Source: Candidatus Altiarchaeota archaeon
Lineage (GTDB): Archaea; Altiarchaeota; Altiarchaeia; IMC4; SCGC-AAA252-I15
Direction of reading: 5' to 3'
NCBI GenBank assembly: GCA_043800705.1
Contig: JAZDMS010000001.1
Span: 1-64,000, forward strand
Length of the DNA: 64,000 nucleotides
Both the position numbers and the translations under genes were made by a program. Below are positions 57,953 through 64,000 of the stretch, one piece after another; within the stretch, counting starts at the first letter, position 1; every line of letters starts with the position of its first letter. Under the pieces are notes generated by a model. It did no database searches. It had not been told where the DNA came from and worked only from the letters and a program-made list of their open reading frames with translations.

Positions 57953-59143
57953 TTAATCGCATTTTCTGACCTGCTTCAGGTAGACTGGCGAGAAAACCCC
58001 CGGCTTCGGCTGACCCCTGTCTCCGACCTTGAACCTGGTGAAGAAGACCTTCGAGGCGCCCGCCTTGAGCGCTCCGTCGACCGACGCGTCCACCTGGCTG
58101 TCCGACGAATACTCCGCCTCCGTCACCCATATCGTCTTGTTCAGTCCGTTTACTTCCAGAAGCTCCCTGTATTTGCCGACGTTGAGGTTCTGCAGGTCTC
58201 CGTAGTCTATGTAGTGGATGTTCCCTATGTCGAAGTACTGCCCTCCGCCGGCCTTGAATACCTGGTCCCAGTACGATGCGAACCGGGGGTCTATCCCCTC
58301 CATCCCTCCCTGGACTACCATGCAATCCGGGCAAGCGGCCTTTACCGATATATACGAGGCTTTGAGGATCTGCGCATATTCCTGCGGGCTGCCTTTGAAG
58401 AACGTAAGCTCATCGCTCCTTAGCACAGGCTCGTTTCCGATCTCCCAGTGGGTTATCGGTTGCGTCAAACCCGGCATGTCGTCGATACCGTCGCCGTCAT
58501 ACCGTTCCACGAGCCTCTGCACGAATGACGAATAGGCCTCCATGTCGCACGGCATGCACCTGGACCTCGGTATTCCCTCAAGCGCTCCACCTCTGGTCCT
58601 CGGGTAGAATATGTCCGTCTCGTCCACGCCGCAGCCGTCGTCGTGGCACATCCTCTGATCCCAGTCCGCGTAAGGCCAGATAGTGGCCAGAATCGCAACG
58701 TCCCTGGATTGCGCAGCCTTCGCCCATCCGTCTGACTGTGAGAAGTCATATGAGCCTTCGGATCTCTCGATCCATCCCCACGCGAAAGGGCCGGGGTGGG
58801 GTCTCGCCCATCCCGCACCTATCATCCTTATCTCGAATATCTCCCTCCAGTCCCCGGGGACGAATCCGACGCAGTTGGTGAGCGTCTCCGGCTTGATCTG
58901 GACCCCCCTGGGGGCCGTCGTGGTCGACGTCGTCGATGACGTGACTGTGCTAGATGACGGGGTGGTCGACGTTTCAGGGGGGGATGTCGCGGTCGTCGAC
59001 GTCTCTTCGGCGGAGACGATGGCATCTGACGTGGTCGTGGATTCCAAATCGACGGGTCCTATAACCCCCGCCTGTTCGAAGCATCCTGCCGCAAGAAGGG
59101 TTGCCAACAAGGCGGTAAAAACCACCCCCATCGTCTTATCCAC
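57953..59143 (-). CDS. Lipoprotein glycoside hydrolase, clan GH-A
   Basis: AAGC lipobox, Ser/Thr linker, WEIGNEP acid/base, NIHY, IWVTE nucleophile. Confidence 0.8.
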   Translation of the reverse strand: MDKTMGVVFTALLATLLAAGCFEQAGVIGPVDLESTTTSDAIVSAEETSTTATSPPETSTTPSSSTVTSSTTSTTTAPRGVQIKPETLTNCVGFVPGDWREIFEIRMIGAGWARPHPGPFAWGWIERSEGSYDFSQSDGWAKAAQSRDVAILATIWPYADWDQRMCHDDGCGVDETDIFYPRTRGGALEGIPRSRCMPCDMEAYSSFVQRLVERYDGDGIDDMPGLTQPITHWEIGNEPVLRSDELTFFKGSPQEYAQILKASYISVKAACPDCMVVQGGMEGIDPRFASYWDQVFKAGGGQYFDIGNIHYIDYGDLQNLNVGKYRELLEVNGLNKTIWVTEAEYSSDSQVDASVDGALKAGASKVFFTRFKVGDRGQPKPGVFSPVYLKQVRKCD

Positions 59144-59256
59144 TTTTTTTATATCCCCAAAACTGCCCCTCTATCGGGCATTCAGCAGTTTTGTCCATCA
59201 AAAACCATCGGCCTCAGCTGACCGTTTTTTATATTGGCCGTATCGAATATATACCC

Positions 59257-59628
59257 ATGGCATTGATCAAGCATTTTATGACTGCCGACCCGGTCGCGAT
59301 ACAAAAGGACAAGAGCGTCTTCGAAGCGGTGAAACTGATGAACGAGAAGGACATCGACTGCCTCATCGTGACAGACGACCACAAGCCTGTCGCCATTTTC
59401 ACCACGACGGACCTGCGGGTCAGGGTCGTCGGCGAAGGGAAGGACCCCAAGAAGACGGGCGTCTTGACCGCGGCGACGAAGGACATCAAGGTCCTCAAGG
59501 AGTCTGACGAGGCGATGCTTGCGAGGAACATCATGTCAAAATATCAAGTCAAGCACCTGCCGATAGTCGACGACGGAGACCTGCTTGTGGGGATGCTTTC
59601 CATCACTGACCTAATCGGCGAACACTAG
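59257..59628 (+). CDS. CBS-pair protein
   Basis: Two CBS domains (AVKLM..KDI, KHLPIVD..LVGMLS). Confidence 0.9.
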   Translation: MALIKHFMTADPVAIQKDKSVFEAVKLMNEKDIDCLIVTDDHKPVAIFTTTDLRVRVVGEGKDPKKTGVLTAATKDIKVLKESDEAMLARNIMSKYQVKHLPIVDDGDLLVGMLSITDLIGEH

Positions 59629-59656
59629 GGATATATCCTCACCTCTGATAGGTAAC

Positions 59657-61616
59657 TTGATGCTGCCACGTCTTTTGACCGTCGCGAAATACGAGCTCTA
59701 CCAGTACCGGCGGAGCTATTTCGAGCAGTTCTTCATAGCATGCGCCATCGTGCTGGTCTTCCTGATGGTGTCCGGGACGCGAGAGGGCGTGACCCTGGAC
59801 ACGCCAAGCTCATACGGCCTCTATAGGGTCGGATATGTCTCAGGGGGGGGGCCTGTCAAATGTAAGCCACTATTCGCTAAGAATGGCCCCGTTCGCCTCA
59901 CGGCAGGAGGCCATGGACGCTGTTGGATCCGGGCGGATCGACGTTTTCGCGGACGTCTCGGACGGTCTGGTCACATTTCAAGGCTCCAGCTCGATACGGT
60001 CCCTCGCATCGGTGAAGCGGCTGCGCCAGGTCCTGCTCGGCCAAAAGAGGGACCAGATATACCTGCTCGCCGAAGCGAACGCGAGCATGGACGGGATCCT
60101 ACTCCCGATCAAGGTTCGGACGGCCAGTTACTCGGTCGACTACTCGAAGGCCACGGACCCTTCGGTCCTGACGAGGCGGATCCGCCTTCTGAACCGCGAT
60201 TCCATGGACAATGGGATGGTCCTTTCGGGGGTGAACATACTCGACGCGGATGCCGTCCGACGGATGGATCTGGCCCTGTACCTGAACGAGTCTGACTCTC
60301 TCGCATCGAACGAAACACTGGACCTTGCGGGTTTCACGCTCCCCGAGGAATGGGAGGTCCCGTTCGTCTTCAAGAGCCTGTATAATAACATGGCAGTCGT
60401 ATCCGTCTCGATCCTCCTTTCGATAATGCTCACACTCTCCTTCGCCAGGGAAAAGGTGAACCGGACGATGGAAGTCCTTTTCATGTCCCCGACGACGCGC
60501 CTTGACATACTCGCGGGAAAGTCCCTCCCCTACGTGGCCCTCATGCTGGCTGTCAACATGGGCTACTGCCTGTCGACTTCTTCGGGGATGAATTCGCTGA
60601 AGATGTTCTACATCTTTTCAGTCCTGTCTTTCACTCTGGCGGCTTTTGCGACGTTCACGGTCCTTGCCTCGAGGAATTACAGGGAGGTGACCTTCATGAG
60701 CTCGCTCTGCCTTCTTTCCTTCCTCATATTCATCGTCTTCCCAAACGTGTTCTCCGGCGTCAACCTCCTCGCCTTCGTTTCTCCGCTTGACACCGTCACC
60801 AGCATACAGAACCAGGCAGGTGTCGGATTTGGCGACGTCTTCCTGTCACTGCTTCCCTACAAGTTCCTTTTCATGTTCTTCCTGTCGGCATCGATTGTCT
60901 GCTTCAGCCCCGAGACGTTCCAGAACACGCCCGGCCTGGCGGGTCTCATGAGAATGTTCTACCATAATCTCAGGAAATCCTTCAGAAGCGACATATTATT
61001 TGTAATAACTGGCATCTCTCTGCTAGTTCCATTCGTCTACATAGTGCAGACGCTCATAGCATATCTCATCATACCGCTCGGACTCTTTGCACCATATGCT
61101 GCAATAGTCCTCCTCGCCTTGGTCGAAGAACTCACCAAAATTATCCCCTTTTACTATACCCGCAGGAATATGGTCTCCGGCGCATTGGTAAAGACGGGGA
61201 TAATGCTCTTTTCCGTGGGCATATTGTTTGGGGGGCTTCTTACCCCCGACAGGATATTTATTGTAGCTGGGGTCGCATTGTTGGCATTAATCCTTGTTTC
61301 GATGGTCTTAAAACCTTCGTTTTGGCCCCCTCTATCATATGGCATACTCTCAGGATGTACGTTTTTTCTTACAGAGAAGGCATTCAATATATACCTGATA
61401 TCGAAGGTTTATTCATATCTGCCGGCACCATATACCCTCTTCATCGTCAAGGGCTTGGCGTATACGCTTCTTTTGCATATACTCGCAACAACTACGCTGG
61501 CATTCGTTATCAGCGGAAGTTCAGGGAAATATCGGCTATATTCCGGCCTGGTATTGACTACTGCGATCCATTACGGATACAACGTCTACATGATGGGCGG
61601 AGGCCTGATACGGTGA
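59657..61616 (+). pseudogene. ABC-2 type permease with PrsW-like C-terminal domain, frameshifted at a G9 tract
   Basis: ORF1 (VAKYE start) joins ORF2 at G9 59843-59851; REK...TMEVLFMSP....ILAGK; VEELTK and H..YN PrsW-like motifs. Confidence 0.7.
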
Positions 61617-62707
61617 GACGGACCTTCGCGATAGCTCGCCGGGAATTCAGGACGATGATGCGGGAAAAGAGCTTCATCCTCGTTTTGATATTCGAGATCC
61701 TGCTCGTCTCATCGTCCGCCTTCCTCAGCACAGGATACGGCGTGATGACCTCGCCGGAGTCGTCGGACCTGCTGAAAGGCTCGAGGAACATAATCTCAGT
61801 CGGCCTCGTGACGGACTCGAAACGTGAATTCGCGCAGCCCCTGCAGAAGGCCGGGATCGCCTACTACAACTACCTCAGCCTTTCGGCTGCGGAGGGGGAC
61901 TTCCAAAGCGGCCTGTTGGATGCTATAATAATCGGCAGCGTAGACCTCAGGAAGGACCCGTCGGTGATAACCGTCTACCTGCCGGATAACACCCCAAAGA
62001 TCGGCCTCATCCGTCTGTCCCTGAAGCGGTTCTTCCTCGACGTGGAGGAGCGGCTTCGGAACGTGAAGCTCCTCGTATACGCCCCGGACCTCAAGATCCT
62101 CGGCACCAGCGATTTTTCCGACTCCTCCCCGGCCCAGAACTTCGAGGTCTTCATGGTCTTCACCATACCTCTCCTGTTCTTCATGCCTGTCATAATGGGT
62201 GGCAGCCTGATAATCGACGGCCTCACGGAGGAATTGGAGTCGGGCAGGATACTCAATCTTCTTGCGGCCCCGCTCAGCGATGCATCCATAGTCGCTGGAA
62301 AATGCATCGGATGCCTCGCGGTCACGCTCCCCCACTGCCTGATATGGATTATCGTCCTTGCATTTACGCCATACGGCATACTGAATCCGCTAGGCATGTT
62401 CTTGGCATATTCGCTCTACTGCTCACTTTTCATACTTCTTGGCGCCGCCATCTCCATCTGGGTGAAGAGGAACAGGCCTGCGCAGATGGCATATACCCTC
62501 ATTGCGGTCGTGGCTATTTCCCTGATGTCCCCTTCGGCGAACGGCAGCCAGCTTTTGATCACGTCGTCTCCGTCGTACGTCTACACGAGCCTGGCGCTCG
62601 GTGCAGGCGTGGCGGAACACTGGATGCAATTGCTCCTGGCCGCCCTGGCGGAAGCCGGGCTCGCCATCCTGATAATGCGGCAGGCAAGGAGGATATCGGC
62701 GCCTTGA
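61613..62707 (+). CDS. ABC-2 type permease
   Basis: IARREF, EE.ESG...LLAAP....IVAGK; GTGA overlap with the previous stop. Confidence 0.85.
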   Translation: MRRTFAIARREFRTMMREKSFILVLIFEILLVSSSAFLSTGYGVMTSPESSDLLKGSRNIISVGLVTDSKREFAQPLQKAGIAYYNYLSLSAAEGDFQSGLLDAIIIGSVDLRKDPSVITVYLPDNTPKIGLIRLSLKRFFLDVEERLRNVKLLVYAPDLKILGTSDFSDSSPAQNFEVFMVFTIPLLFFMPVIMGGSLIIDGLTEELESGRILNLLAAPLSDASIVAGKCIGCLAVTLPHCLIWIIVLAFTPYGILNPLGMFLAYSLYCSLFILLGAAISIWVKRNRPAQMAYTLIAVVAISLMSPSANGSQLLITSSPSYVYTSLALGAGVAEHWMQLLLAALAEAGLAILIMRQARRISAP

Positions 62708-62806
62708 GGGATTCCTCATGCCGTCCTGTAATGGTCGATGCATCTGACGGCAGGAAGGCTCTCCGAAACCCGAAGACCTTTTAACCGTCGCTTGGAATAA
62801 TGTAAC

Positions 62807-63217
62807 ATGCGTACACTGGCCGTATTGCTCCTGGTCTCATTCGTCTGCGGCTGCTTCTGCTGCACGCCGGGCGGCGGGCCTGGCGGCCTGAAGACCACGT
62901 CGACAAACGGTGGCTCCACAGTGTCGATCCCCTCCGACCGGAACTTTTGCGAATCGCAAGGGGGAAGGTGGGGTGCAATCGGCCGCTTTCCGAAGGAAGT
63001 CTGCAATCTGCCGACTTCAGACGGCGGGAATGCATGTTCCGGTCAGGACGACTGCGTAGGCGCATGCCTCGCAGACCTCGACCAGAAAGAAATGGAGGCG
63101 GCAAGGAATGGGCAGACGATATCCGCAAGCGGAAGATGCACCCCCTGGAGGATGACCGTAGGCTGCCAGGCGAGGGTCGAAGACGGCAAGGTCCGAGGCA
63201 TCCTGTGCATGGACTGA
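62807..63217 (+). CDS. Cys-rich lipoprotein/secreted protein
   Basis: Signal ending CGCFCC; CESQGG.W, C...TSDGG..C....DC.G.C. Confidence 0.75.
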   Translation: MRTLAVLLLVSFVCGCFCCTPGGGPGGLKTTSTNGGSTVSIPSDRNFCESQGGRWGAIGRFPKEVCNLPTSDGGNACSGQDDCVGACLADLDQKEMEAARNGQTISASGRCTPWRMTVGCQARVEDGKVRGILCMD

Positions 63218-63221
63218 CAGC

Positions 63222-63644
63222 TCATGCCTTGTACTGGTTCACGAGCCTGATGGCGGGATTGATGAAGTTCAATGCTGCAAACAGATCGTCAATCCTCTTC
63301 ACATAATATGTCTTCTCACCCTCGCGAGTCCTTATCACCACCATTTTCCTGCCGACCCAGAATACCTTGGTCACGAGCCAGTCCATCTTCAACACTGCTA
63401 CCTCGGTGACGTCGCCGATCTTTATAACGTCCTGCCTCCTGTCGGGAGCGTCCTTCCGAGACCTGTTGTATTGGAAGATGAAGCCGGTTTGGTAGAGGAT
63501 CAGCGTCCCCCATTTCAGGGTCCACGCCCCCCCGTCGCAGACGTTTTCCTCCAAGAAAACGACGGTGTTCTGGTCCACGATAATATATTGGGCCGGATAA
63601 ATATACATGACTACGGCCGGAAATCCCCTCAATCCCATGGACAC
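63222..63644 (-). CDS. Hypothetical PH/GRAM-like domain protein (start uncertain)
   Basis: WGTLILY...FIF, I.I.DV..V beta pattern followed by a C-terminal helix. Confidence 0.5.
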   Translation of the reverse strand: MSMGLRGFPAVVMYIYPAQYIIVDQNTVVFLEENVCDGGAWTLKWGTLILYQTGFIFQYNRSRKDAPDRRQDVIKIGDVTEVAVLKMDWLVTKVFWVGRKMVVIRTREGEKTYYVKRIDDLFAALNFINPAIRLVNQYKA

Positions 63645-63711
63645 GACGGGATATATGCGCTAAAAGTGGCAAATAAGCTGTCTTTCGCGTTTCTTTGGAC
63701 TATGTACGGCG

Positions 63712-64000
63712 CTAATCCGTCAGCTCCTTCGACCATATCCTGCCGTCCGAATCGTCGAATAACATTTCCGCGACATATCCCGCCCTGAAGCCGTTTTTTT
63801 CCAGAAAGCCATCTTCCCGCCTCCAACTGCCGGGAATCACGGTCCAAAGTCTTTTTCTGCCGGCTTTGGCTGCGATTTCCTGCGCAGCGGAAATGAGCGC
63901 GTCAGCCTGCCGCATGTCATCGACTCCTGTGAAAGGCCCATGGACGTATGCACCGTCCTTCCCGTCGAGGATGACGCCCCCGTACCCCCTCAATGCCCCA
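63712..64000 (-). CDS. C-terminal part of a GNAT-like protein (begins beyond the window)
   Basis: ALISAAQEIA...G.K.LW, FLEKNGF. Confidence 0.55.
   Translation of the reverse strand, partial: GALRGYGGVILDGKDGAYVHGPFTGVDDMRQADALISAAQEIAAKAGRKRLWTVIPGSWRREDGFLEKNGFRAGYVAEMLFDDSDGRIWSKELTD

Overview
Archaeal chromosomal segment. Evidence: Trm1, NurA, archaeal GatC, AMP phosphorylase, MtrA/MtrH homologues, DUF835 and GGTGA/GGAGG Shine-Dalgarno motifs. Gene content and Cys-rich surface proteins suggest an Altiarchaeota-like anaerobe, which is inference. No rRNA, tRNA or CRISPR array was seen. Main content: (1) 1-3265, two low-complexity Cys-rich surface proteins (poly-Thr with a defensin-like tail; Ser/Gly-rich). 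(2) 4217-7086, a translationally coupled soluble MtrA / MtrH / core methionine synthase operon followed by DUF4346, and at 11322-14651 the aspartate-semialdehyde homocysteine synthesis genes with a divergent HTH-CBS regulator and a candidate operator. Together these suggest a methionine pathway built from methanogenesis parts. (3) 14706-26561, two coupled giant VirB6/TrbL-like membrane proteins (1425 and 2342 aa) with long cargo tails. The tails include a His/Cys caspase-fold peptidase-like domain and a zinc ribbon split across two ORFs; this is the best candidate for an undescribed system. (4) Housekeeping genes, including a DapF with Asp at a catalytic Cys position. (5) A complete trpEGDCFBA operon plus trpB2, both with TRP-box-like operators. 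(6) A ~2 kb IS6-derived element with 56-bp imperfect terminal inverted repeats carrying a toxin-antitoxin-like pair. (7) Redox genes, secreted enzymes and a G9-frameshifted ABC permease. All product calls are from motif recognition by eye, not database searches.
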